DNA from: a virus
Reading direction: 5' to 3' (one strand)
DNA length: 64,000 nt
IMG/VR virus record: IMGVR_UViG_3300025131_000017
Coordinates: 1 to 64,000 of that record
This document shows positions 1 to 9,344 of this stretch, piece after piece. The notes beneath the pieces were generated by a model. That model was not told the DNA's origin. It searched no databases and was given only the letters and a program-made list of their open reading frames with translations. A program made the translations under genes and the position numbers. Every line of letters starts with the position of its first letter. The first letter of the stretch is position 1.

Positions 1-2362
1 TTCCACCACTTGTTACTGTACCAGTGGCATCATCAGAAATTGCTGAATTTGCAATACCTATAAAATTACTACAATTATAAGGAACTGTTGGTAAGGTGGC
101 ATAGTGACCCTTAGTTGCAGTATTTGCCCAGTAAAAAATAGCGTGTTTATTAGAGTTTGTGTCATAAGCACTAGATATATAGGTAATATATCCACCATTT
201 GTCTCTCCGTTTTTCGGAACATATGCTATTGTATCGTCTATAGTATACGTTGCACTAGCTCCAGTTCCAGAAATGTCTCCTGTTTGAACTATCAAACCAC
301 TATAAGAATTAAAAACAACTATTCTTTCAAAGTCTGGATTATAGTCTGCTGCGATGTACCCACCAGTCTCATGACCTAAAGCGGCAATATCAGTTTCTGT
401 ATACATATCTCCCGCTGTTATTGTCCCTGAAGAACTTGTAAATGGCATATATAACAGATTTGTTCCACCTGAATTTCTAGTAACAAATAAATTAATGTTC
501 CTAGCTGCGTGATGTACAAGAGCACCTTCATAACCAGCATTTAGTGTTATAGTATCTAAAACTACTGGAGTACCTGCTGTAATAGAGTTGTCTCCAGTAG
601 ATACCGTAAGGGCAACTGCTGTTGCACGAGTGCTATTACTTGCATCTCCATAAACAAACATTACTTTGTTGTCATTAGAATCAAAACATAGACCTAGTAC
701 CTTACCATCAAGGTCATCAGCATCAGTAATATTGAATTTGGTACCTACATTTTGTATATCATTATCACTACTACCTCTTACAGTAAAAGCAAAAGCACTT
801 GTTTTATTTAAAGCATATTCATCTTCAAATACCATAATTATTCGGTTTGCGTTTGAGTCAAAAACCATCTCAAATATTGAGTCAGCACTCTCGTATATCG
901 TTTGCTCACTACCTGCTGTAATTGTATTAGTAGCGTCATCATTTACAGTACATATCTTAACATATGTAGTGTTAGAATATGTATAAGGAACAACAAATCT
1001 ATCTACATTTGTATCATATGGAATATTACCAGACCCAATATTATATGTGACACTACTTCTTAAAACTACAGCGGTTCCAAAAGCCATTGTGTGGGTACCT
1101 GCATTTGAAATATGACCCATTACCATAGTTGGATAGTTGCTATTATTAGCATCTCTATACGATACCATAAATTTATTATTATCTGGGTCAAATCCCATTG
1201 CAGCGTAATAACCATCTGTATTGTCCTCAACTTGTGTACCAGCATTTGATGTAAAACCAGCCCACGTCTTACCTGCTTGGATACCTTTAGCTACTTCTAT
1301 ATCACCATCAGCTTTAATAGCTACTGGGTCACCAGCTGAAATAGCACCATCTGCAGTGGCTGTAAACTCAACTCCCCCACCTCCAGCATCTTCCCAAGCT
1401 GGGGCTGCTCCTGCACCACCAGAAGTTAGTACTTGACCATCTGAACCATAATTAGCACCACCAATTCCAATTTCACCTTGTGATGTAAATCTAAATTTTT
1501 CCGTAGCGGCTTCAGAATGTCCTGTTTTAAATAATATATCGGTCGCATTGACAGAAGCACTAAATGTTCCTTGTGCTACAGCTTCAATAGCGGCAGCGAC
1601 AGTAATGGCATCCGTACCACCTGCTTCATGCGGTGCTTGAAATTCAACCTTTCCAAGAACATCATTTGCATTAATATCTGTAAGAGATGTTGCAAGTAAT
1701 AATTTTCCGGTACTTGTTGTAGCGTCAGCCGAAGCACCCATTATTCTTAATTGGTCTGCCGATTCGTCCCATTCCATATAGGAACCAGCGGAGGCACCAA
1801 AGAATTTCACATCATGTCCGGTATCGTCTACACCCACAACTAAGCCACCACCTGTGATAGTTAATAGATTAGCTGTATGAGTGACTGATACGTCACCATT
1901 ATTAAAATTGATTACACTCGCAGATGCTAAGAAAAGGTCTGACCACATTAAGCTACCAGTACCTAAAGCTACACCATCTGATGTTACGGGTGATAAGGCA
2001 TTTTGAACTAACTCAACCTCATTAACACCTTCTACTCGGAATATAAGTTTGTTATCTGTTGTTGCAAAATCAATAAGGTTGTCGGCATCTCTACCTATCT
2101 TAGTGCCTGCATTTAAAATTGTTGTTATCCCTGTTTGAGCCCCAGCCAATAAAACAGCAACACCTTCAACAGTAATTTGTCCTGAACTTGCTCGTGCTAT
2201 TGTAGTATCAGAAGCATGTCCTAATTCAATGTCTTGAGTAAATGTTACCGAACCATCAGCAGCAATTGCGATTGCATCTTCGTCAGAAGCGGAACCTATA
2301 GTCCCTGCGTCAGCAATAACTACATTAGAAGATACGGTTGGTTTTGTTCCTACGAATCCCAC
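1..2362 (-). CDS. Tail fibre / receptor-binding protein, partial (runs off the left edge)
   Basis: Missing from the ORF track. AGGAGG RBS, then GTG at 2362 giving MGFVGTKPTVSSNVVIADAGTIGSASDEDA...IELGHASDTTIARASSGQITVEG, a motif shared with the 1334-aa fibre; Gly/Ala/Thr/Ser-rich. Confidence 0.8.
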   Translation of the reverse strand, partial: MGFVGTKPTVSSNVVIADAGTIGSASDEDAIAIAADGSVTFTQDIELGHASDTTIARASSGQITVEGVAVLLAGAQTGITTILNAGTKIGRDADNLIDFATTDNKLIFRVEGVNEVELVQNALSPVTSDGVALGTGSLMWSDLFLASASVINFNNGDVSVTHTANLLTITGGGLVVGVDDTGHDVKFFGASAGSYMEWDESADQLRIMGASADATTSTGKLLLATSLTDINANDVLGKVEFQAPHEAGGTDAITVAAAIEAVAQGTFSASVNATDILFKTGHSEAATEKFRFTSQGEIGIGGANYGSDGQVLTSGGAGAAPAWEDAGGGGVEFTATADGAISAGDPVAIKADGDIEVAKGIQAGKTWAGFTSNAGTQVEDNTDGYYAAMGFDPDNNKFMVSYRDANNSNYPTMVMGHISNAGTHTMAFGTAVVLRSSVTYNIGSGNIPYDTNVDRFVVPYTYSNTTYVKICTVNDDATNTITAGSEQTIYESADSIFEMVFDSNANRIIMVFEDEYALNKTSAFAFTVRGSSDNDIQNVGTKFNITDADDLDGKVLGLCFDSNDNKVMFVYGDASNSTRATAVALTVSTGDNSITAGTPVVLDTITLNAGYEGALVHHAARNINLFVTRNSGGTNLLYMPFTSSSGTITAGDMYTETDIAALGHETGGYIAADYNPDFERIVVFNSYSGLIVQTGDISGTGASATYTIDDTIAYVPKNGETNGGYITYISSAYDTNSNKHAIFYWANTATKGHYATLPTVPYNCSNFIGIANSAISDDATGTVTSGG

Positions 2363-2372
2363 TTGTTACCTC

Positions 2373-2696
2373 CTAACTTATGTCACTAATTACACTAACC
2401 CATGTATCCAAAGAACTGGCTGTGTCTGTATCTACTTTTAAAGCATCTCCACTTTCTAATATAAATCGACTTCCACCATCAATTAATTCTAAAGAAGAGG
2501 CGGCAGGAATTGAAACACCTTTTATTAAATAATAATCATTACCACCCGTGGTGACAAAACAATCTACAGCAATCGCAGCAGAGTGAATATTAACTAATCG
2601 TATACTAACAACTGCATCATCACCGCCCGCAGTATAAAGAGTAGCCCCCGATGTTCCGGTTGCCCGTGCTATATGTCTTTCAAAATCTTGTGCCAT
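2373..2696 (-). CDS. Small virion structural protein (beta-rich, tail-fibre associated)
   Basis: AGGAG RBS, beta-strand-like sequence, lies between two fibre genes. Confidence 0.6.
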   Translation of the reverse strand: MAQDFERHIARATGTSGATLYTAGGDDAVVSIRLVNIHSAAIAVDCFVTTGGNDYYLIKGVSIPAASSLELIDGGSRFILESGDALKVDTDTASSLDTWVSVISDIS

Positions 2697-2741
2697 TTGT
2701 GTCTCCTATAGTATATTATACTATTCAGTATACTAAAAATT

Positions 2742-5700
2742 CTATAATGCAACCGCCATTGCTATTGCGAAACCCTTGCTTGGGGCATCTACATATGTTT
2801 TTATATCAGAGGCAGGAATAGTTTTCATTGTTCCATCGTCATTCATAACAAACCCATCAGCATCAGCAATTGTAATTGAACCTCCGACAGATGTTCCTCC
2901 ATCAAGTAAGTTCAATTCTGTCGCAGTTGCCCCTACGTTTGTTCCACCTATGTCTAGTGTAGTAACAGAAAGTTCCCCAGCCACCGTTACAATATTACCA
3001 CTAGCAGTAAGTGTTACTAAATCTGTATCCCCCACGGGTCCTATAGTTGCCCCTGTTGGAACTACTACATTACCACCAAAGGTTGCAGATAAATCATCAC
3101 TAAGTGTTAGAGCAGTAGCTAAAGAGTTTAATGAACTTCCTGAACCTCCTGCATTAGCAGTCTGGAATATAATATCTCCACCAGCCCCACTACCTTTTCC
3201 TTGCCCACCTTGAAGGGTAAGAGCCCCTCCAGCAATATTATTCGTAGTACCAGCTGTAGTTGTACCGGCTGACATAGTTAATGTTGTACCTGCTGTATCA
3301 TGAGCGGCAGCAGTTGGAATTAGTTTATTGCTTGAAAATAATAAATCGGTTTCGGCTTGAATAGCAGAAGTTCCGTTTCCTGTTAAAACTGCATTTGCGG
3401 TTAGACTAGAAGCACCTGTACCACCATGAGCAACGGCTACATCTGTAGCCTCCCATGTTCCTGTGGCAATTGTTCCTACTGCCGTAATTTGAGTCTGTGA
3501 TGCATCTACACCAATAACAGAACTACTAGCAGTCAAACCAGTACCAGCAAACAAAGTTGCTACATCTGCTAAGTCTCCTTTTACTGTTGCGTTACTGTCT
3601 GTAGTATCTGTAAATACTATATAGTCGCCATTAGCAATTGCAGTGTCAGTAAGTTCAGATAGGTCTAATGCAAGAGAAACTCCTCCACTACTCCCACCAC
3701 CTGAAAGTCCATTTCCTGCAGTTACACCAGTAATATCCCCAGTAGTTGGGGTTGCCCATGAAGGCACTCCAGATGCTAAAGTTAATACATCTGCATCAGA
3801 ACCTTTAGCTAATTTTGTTACTGTTCCAGAGGAGCCTCCATATAATATGTCTCCTTCTGCGGTCATAGGAGATAGGGCATCAAAACCAGCTGTGGCTGTT
3901 CCCGCACCCGTACCACCATCAGCAATAGCTACGTCTGTTCCACCAGCTCTATATACCGCATTCCCTTCAATAGTTATATCACCTGAACCAGAACGAGCAA
4001 TTGTAGTATCCGTTGCATGACCTAGTTCTATAGTAGATGCAGTAGTAAGAGAACCATCATCATTAATGGTTAAAGCTGTCGCAAGGGCGTTTAAGGAACT
4101 TCCAGACCCACCCGCATTTGCTGTTTGAAATATAATTGCCCCACCTGCACCAGAACCCTTACCTTGTCCACCTTGGAATGTTAAGGCACCACCTGCTTGG
4201 TTATTACTTGTTCCTGCAGTAGTAGCACCAGCCGACATAGTTAGTGTTGTTCCTGCGGCATCGTGGGCAGCAGCTGTTGGAATTAATTTATTACTTGAAA
4301 ACAATAAGTCTGTTTCAGCTTGTATTGCGGAAGTTCCATTACCAGTTAAAATTGCATTTGCAGTTAAAGACGATGCTCCAGTACCTCCATGAGCTACACC
4401 AATATCAGTCGCTTCCCATGTTCCAGTAGCGATTGTTCCTATTGCAGTAATACCTGTTTGAGAAGCATCTACACTAAGTGAGTGGGCAATATTTTCCCCA
4501 CTAGTGGCTCCTGTAGATGTAAGTCCTGTTCCAGCTGTAATGTTCTGAACATAATCTCCAGTTGTGTGGGTTGCTAATGTAATAAGGTTGTTAAGGGTGG
4601 TTGCACCTGTTCCACCTTGGGCAACCGCTACGGTAGTACCTTCCCATGTACCAGAAGAAATAGTACCTAAACCAGTAATACCTGACTGATTAGCCACGGA
4701 TAATAGTCCGGCATTAGTCATAGCTGCCGTAGTACCCATAGTTAAAGTTCCGGCAATTGTTGTGGTAGAAGCAGCACCTGCTCCTATAGTTACATCAATT
4801 TCTCCATCATCTGATGCTTGACCTTGTAAATGTAATCCTGTAGTAACAGTAGCATCATTCTCAGCCACATAAAATTTCATTCCTCCAGCCTCTGAACCAT
4901 GGTCGGCTTCAACTACGTAACTTTCTATTCGAGCCAATTCTTCTGGTGCATTGTTACTCGCATCAGTTCCTAAAAATGAAATGGTCCCTAAAATATCATT
5001 ATCAGCACCTTGACCTGAACCGGGGTCTTTTATAAATTGTAAATATCCTGCTGTTGCATCAGCATGAGTGTTTGTTATCTTTGCTACTGGTAAATTAGCA
5101 CTCGCTGAAGCTGCATCTAAACCAGAAGCAGTTCCTGCTGAAACAGTACCCCAAGTGGGTACCCCTGAAGCAAGTTTTAAAAACTCACCGTCAGAACCTT
5201 TAGCTAATTTTGTTACGGTTCCTGATGAACCTCCATACAATACATCTCCTTCCGCAGTCATAGGTGATAAGGCATCAAATCCAGCCGTAGCAGTACTTGC
5301 ACCAGTACCTCCATGGGCAACTGCCACATCTGTGGCTTCCCAAGTACCTGTTGCTATAGTTCCAACTGCGGTTATTTGAGTTTGTGAGGCATCTACTCCT
5401 ATAACAGAGCTTGAGGCTGTTAATCCTGTTCCTGCAAATAAAGTAGCTACATCAGCCAAATCTCCCTTGACTGTTGCATTACTATCAGTAGTATCCGTAA
5501 ATACTATGTAATCCCCATTGGCTATAGCTGTATCTGTTAATTCTGAAAGGTCTAGACTAAGGGTGTGTGCAATGCCTTCTCCACTCGTTGCCCCAGTTGA
5601 ATCAATTCCTGTTCCTCCAGTAATAGTTCCAACGTAATTTCCTGTTGTATGGGTTCCTAATGTAATAAGATTATTAAGTGAAGTTGCCCCTGTACCACCT

Positions 5701-6746
5701 TGGTCAACTGCTACTGTAGTTCCTTCCCAAGTACCTGATGTGATTGTTCCTACACCTGTTATATTAGATTGATTAGCAACGGTAACAAGTCCAGCTGAAC
5801 TAAGGGCTTCTGTTGTTCCTGAATAAATTGAACCATCAAATCTAGCATTACCTGTGTCAACCCACATTGCCCAATTTCTAGTAATAGTTTGGTTAGTTCC
5901 CGCAGTAGCTGCCGCATTAATATATAAAGTAGCTGCATCTGATGTTGTCACAGAAGAGTTTGTTGCCGCTAGTGTTGGGGCTTCAATCGTAACATGTGCA
6001 TATTTTGTAGCGGTTCCAGAGCCTGATGTATTACTATCTGTAATCGTAGATGTATCAACATGAATCATTGCCCCATCGCCCGGAGTTACACTCTTGTCTC
6101 CATCTAAAGTTAATCCTGTTAATGTTCCAAGAGAAGTAATATTTGTTTGAGCGGCAGTTGCTATGGTTCCTGTTAATTCATTTACTGATAAATTAGCTAA
6201 AGTAAATCCAGATGATGTATTTACTGTAGTTGTGGGTGCTTCATGACTATTACCTGTTGTGGCAAATAATTTCCACATATCTGAATCAGAAGCATCCCTA
6301 ACTAATCCTGAATATTTTGTACCACTATCTACATACTTACCATACCACCCAATATCAACAGAGTCCCCTGAGTTGTTGTCTGCTAAGGCAAACATTGGGT
6401 CGTCAATAGTTACAGTAGAAGTGTTTATAGTTACTGTACTACCATTTACTGTAAGGTCACCACTTAAAGTTAAATTAGTTGCTTCTATAGTTGATGGATA
6501 AGCAGCAACCCCTGAAGAGTTTATTGTAATAGCTCCAGAAATCCCTGAAAATACATATGTGGGTATTCTAGTTACAGCAGTTTTAGTGTTTGTTCCCCCA
6601 CCACCATTATCAATAATAAATAAATCGGCATCAGCAATAGCCTCCCCAATATCATCTAAACCATCAATATCAAGGCTAGATGAGGTTTCCCCAGCAAATT
6701 GTGACGACCTAGTATATAAAGTTCCTCTTAAACTGGATAAAGGCAT
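2742..6746 (-). CDS. Long tail fibre protein with internal repeats
   Basis: 1334 aa, G/T/A/S-rich, recurring GTWE(G/A)T..AVA.GGTGA motifs and several long duplicated modules. Confidence 0.85.
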   Translation of the reverse strand: MPLSSLRGTLYTRSSQFAGETSSSLDIDGLDDIGEAIADADLFIIDNGGGGTNTKTAVTRIPTYVFSGISGAITINSSGVAAYPSTIEATNLTLSGDLTVNGSTVTINTSTVTIDDPMFALADNNSGDSVDIGWYGKYVDSGTKYSGLVRDASDSDMWKLFATTGNSHEAPTTTVNTSSGFTLANLSVNELTGTIATAAQTNITSLGTLTGLTLDGDKSVTPGDGAMIHVDTSTITDSNTSGSGTATKYAHVTIEAPTLAATNSSVTTSDAATLYINAAATAGTNQTITRNWAMWVDTGNARFDGSIYSGTTEALSSAGLVTVANQSNITGVGTITSGTWEGTTVAVDQGGTGATSLNNLITLGTHTTGNYVGTITGGTGIDSTGATSGEGIAHTLSLDLSELTDTAIANGDYIVFTDTTDSNATVKGDLADVATLFAGTGLTASSSVIGVDASQTQITAVGTIATGTWEATDVAVAHGGTGASTATAGFDALSPMTAEGDVLYGGSSGTVTKLAKGSDGEFLKLASGVPTWGTVSAGTASGLDAASASANLPVAKITNTHADATAGYLQFIKDPGSGQGADNDILGTISFLGTDASNNAPEELARIESYVVEADHGSEAGGMKFYVAENDATVTTGLHLQGQASDDGEIDVTIGAGAASTTTIAGTLTMGTTAAMTNAGLLSVANQSGITGLGTISSGTWEGTTVAVAQGGTGATTLNNLITLATHTTGDYVQNITAGTGLTSTGATSGENIAHSLSVDASQTGITAIGTIATGTWEATDIGVAHGGTGASSLTANAILTGNGTSAIQAETDLLFSSNKLIPTAAAHDAAGTTLTMSAGATTAGTSNNQAGGALTFQGGQGKGSGAGGAIIFQTANAGGSGSSLNALATALTINDDGSLTTASTIELGHATDTTIARSGSGDITIEGNAVYRAGGTDVAIADGGTGAGTATAGFDALSPMTAEGDILYGGSSGTVTKLAKGSDADVLTLASGVPSWATPTTGDITGVTAGNGLSGGGSSGGVSLALDLSELTDTAIANGDYIVFTDTTDSNATVKGDLADVATLFAGTGLTASSSVIGVDASQTQITAVGTIATGTWEATDVAVAHGGTGASSLTANAVLTGNGTSAIQAETDLLFSSNKLIPTAAAHDTAGTTLTMSAGTTTAGTTNNIAGGALTLQGGQGKGSGAGGDIIFQTANAGGSGSSLNSLATALTLSDDLSATFGGNVVVPTGATIGPVGDTDLVTLTASGNIVTVAGELSVTTLDIGGTNVGATATELNLLDGGTSVGGSITIADADGFVMNDDGTMKTIPASDIKTYVDAPSKGFAIAMAVAL

Positions 6747-6749
6747 TTT

Positions 6750-7076
6750 CTATCTCCCCCAAAGTATTCCACGAATTCTGGCATTTGTTCCGGCTGCCCT
6801 AATAATACTAATCTTGGTTCCAAAAGAAATTTTTTCGTCATAATAACCCTCATCTTGAGGAATTAACATTGTAGAAGTTGATGCAGTTCCATCAAACTCT
6901 ACATATGCATCAGCTAATTCAACTATAAAAGACACTCTATTACATTCTTCCATATTACCAGCAAGTGTTACTGCATCTTCTGCAGAAGCACTTGAAGTAG
7001 TGTAAGTAAATGCTTTATGTTTACTAAAATTTTGTAATATTTCTATTTCTGAACGCCATGGAGCTTTATCTGCCAT
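6750..7076 (-). CDS. Hypothetical virion structural protein
   Basis: GAGGAGG RBS; C-terminus (YVEFDGTAST..ISIIRAAG..RGILWG) resembles that of the 40414..41358 protein (YIAFDQTATS..ISMIAAQ..TGVIWG). Confidence 0.6.
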   Translation of the reverse strand: MADKAPWRSEIEILQNFSKHKAFTYTTSSASAEDAVTLAGNMEECNRVSFIVELADAYVEFDGTASTSTMLIPQDEGYYDEKISFGTKISIIRAAGTNARIRGILWGR

Positions 7077-8097
7077 CGCTAACCTCCTCTTTTGGTTTGA
7101 ACTTTAATAGGGTTGGTTTTCCATATCCTAAATTGTGGGTTCTAATATTATCTTTACCTTGTGGCATAGTAAATCCTTCTGCTCGCATAATGGCTCCCAT
7201 TGAAGCATAACTTGGTTTAGATAGTTCTTCACGAAACTTACTATTCATAATTCTTAGATATGTCATTTCTTGTACCATATCATCCAATGTTTTTGTCATA
7301 TCACTAATAACAGATTGTTGTTTTATAATCTTTTTTCCTAAAGTTGTTTTAGAATTTTGATTTTTATTAGTTTCCACTTCTAAATCCGTTATCCACTTTC
7401 TTAATTTTGTTTCGAGTAGTTTTGCCTCTTCTAATTGAATTCCAAATTCCTTAGATTCAGTTTGCCAATAAACTAATTCATCTTTAATTTCTTTAGTTTC
7501 TTTTACTAGCTCTTTATTTATTCTACTCGTTTCGTTAGTAAAACTTTCAAATTCTTTTAACTTACCTCTCAATTCTTCAACTTCTGCTAAAATATCTTGT
7601 TTACCAATCGTAGCTCTATCTCTTTCTTGGAAAGCTATATCCATAGTAGAACCTTGAGTTTCAAGATTATTTTTTAACTGATTAATTTCAAGACTTTGTT
7701 TTTCTGCCCTCTTAGTCATTAAGTCTAGTTCATTAGATGTATTAGATAATTGACCATTAGTATCTTTATAGTCTTGCTCAAAATGTAAAAGTTTGGCATT
7801 TAAAGAATCAGCATATTCTAATTTAGCCTTAGAATCTTTTAATTTTTCTTCAATTGCAGAAATTTCATTCTTAGATAAGGTAAGGTTTTCTTCTAAGACA
7901 ATTTGTCTTTTAAGTGCCTCATCTTTTTCAACCTCTATGTTTTGATAAACAATAATTTTATTTTCTAACTCTTGAATTTGCTGTTGATATTCCTCCGCTG
8001 CCGAAAGATTTTCAACTATAATTTGAGGTTGTTTTCGATTATGCTTATTAGGTTTTTTGTTGAAATCACTAAGTTTCATAAATCTCTTGGGTCTCAC
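7066..8097 (-). CDS. Coiled-coil protein
   Basis: 343 aa, E/K/L-rich heptad pattern, overlaps both neighbours. Confidence 0.7.
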   Translation of the reverse strand: MRPKRFMKLSDFNKKPNKHNRKQPQIIVENLSAAEEYQQQIQELENKIIVYQNIEVEKDEALKRQIVLEENLTLSKNEISAIEEKLKDSKAKLEYADSLNAKLLHFEQDYKDTNGQLSNTSNELDLMTKRAEKQSLEINQLKNNLETQGSTMDIAFQERDRATIGKQDILAEVEELRGKLKEFESFTNETSRINKELVKETKEIKDELVYWQTESKEFGIQLEEAKLLETKLRKWITDLEVETNKNQNSKTTLGKKIIKQQSVISDMTKTLDDMVQEMTYLRIMNSKFREELSKPSYASMGAIMRAEGFTMPQGKDNIRTHNLGYGKPTLLKFKPKEEVSDGR

Positions 8098-8482
8098 TCG
8101 CTATAAATGGATTGCCAGAAAATTCTCTTGATTTCTTTAATCCTAAAATCCAACTTTGTGGTGTTTCGGCTTTTGAAATCATTTTAATACTACCAGATTT
8201 TTCTTCAATTCCTATATCTCCCTCAATAATCATTTCTATATGAGCTTCATGTTGAGGTGCGTGTGAATGTAACTCAAAAGTATTAGATGTAACATGATAA
8301 AATAAATCTGCTACATGAATATCTTTTTCAATTGGTTCTCGTTGAAAGTATATTGGTACAAGGTAAGAAACAACTTGTTTTTTAGGTTCTTCAACCTTTG
8401 TTATAGTTTCTTTCTTAGTTGCCGTGTTTATAACCTTTTTGGTTTTTGCTTTTTTTGCTACTTGTTTTTTTTCTTGAGTCAT
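8069..8482 (-). CDS. Hypothetical protein
   Basis: ORF with GGAGG RBS in an operon context. Confidence 0.65.
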   Translation of the reverse strand: MTQEKKQVAKKAKTKKVINTATKKETITKVEEPKKQVVSYLVPIYFQREPIEKDIHVADLFYHVTSNTFELHSHAPQHEAHIEMIIEGDIGIEEKSGSIKMISKAETPQSWILGLKKSREFSGNPFIASETQEIYET

Positions 8483-9332
8483 GGGTAATCCCCTCCTTCT
8501 TTCTTGATGTTGCTAAATCTGTTTCACCTTTATATTTTCTTCCAGCCCCCTCTCCTCTAATTCTTCCTTTTCCATGTCCACTTACAGAACGTTCATGAGC
8601 TCCTGTTCCTGTACCCCTAATTCTCTTTTTACCCCCACGAGCATTATAAGTGTCTCCAACATTTTCTGGTTTTACCCATCTATGTGCTGTTGGGTCAAAT
8701 CTTGCCCCTTGAAAGGGAGGCATACTAAGAACTTTAAGGATGTCTATATCGTCTGCTTTTACAGCATTTGTGACAGGAGTCTTTCGTACATAAGTATCTG
8801 AACTATCAGAACTATTTTTGAAGAAAGTCTTCATTTTTTCTATGGCAGATTCTTTTCTCATTCGTCCACCTTTTTTTCTCATTGCTTGTTGAATTTGTCT
8901 TTCAAATTCTCTTTGTTGTGCTGGAGTAGGTTGTCCTGAACCACGAGTAATATTGTCGCTTAACCACCATCCAGCCAATGCTGCTGCGGCAGGTGAAACT
9001 CTTTTTTCAATCTTCTCGTCTTCGTCTTCTTCATCATCAGTTGTTTTTCCATCATAAAGAGGATAACTTTTAAACAAATCATCAAAGTCTTGTGGGTCAT
9101 CCATACTTTTATTATAAGGATTGTTTTCCATACCAGCCACTAATTTACCCGCTAAAGCCCGTTTTTCTTCACCAGTTTTTGCAGCCTTAATATCATCCAT
9201 ATGCAATTCTCTTACAGCATCAAAGTGTTTTCCTTTTCCACTTCCACTTATCAATGCCCATGCTACTGCCCAAGGATTCTGAATTTTTTGTGCCTTGTAT
9301 AACTCTTTAATTTTGTTTAAATTATTTGACAT
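8415..9332 (-). CDS. Hypothetical protein, candidate internal head protein
   Basis: Charged, low-complexity; many hydrophobic-x-K motifs; NPWAVAW motif also seen downstream of the protease gene. Confidence 0.6.
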   Translation of the reverse strand: MSNNLNKIKELYKAQKIQNPWAVAWALISGSGKGKHFDAVRELHMDDIKAAKTGEEKRALAGKLVAGMENNPYNKSMDDPQDFDDLFKSYPLYDGKTTDDEEDEDEKIEKRVSPAAAALAGWWLSDNITRGSGQPTPAQQREFERQIQQAMRKKGGRMRKESAIEKMKTFFKNSSDSSDTYVRKTPVTNAVKADDIDILKVLSMPPFQGARFDPTAHRWVKPENVGDTYNARGGKKRIRGTGTGAHERSVSGHGKGRIRGEGAGRKYKGETDLATSRKKEGITHDSRKKTSSKKSKNQKGYKHGN

Positions 9333-9344
9333 AAATATACTCCA

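Noticed and set aside
2742-6746. Tail-fibre repeats as a diversity-generating retroelement template/variable pair
   Set aside because: Differences are synonymous and not adenine-specific, both copies are coding, and no reverse transcriptase is present in the window.
104-6843. Plus-strand ORFs opposite the tail-fibre genes, and similar ORFs opposite other long genes
   Set aside because: Antisense shadows of the minus-strand genes; no RBS and no protein-like motifs.
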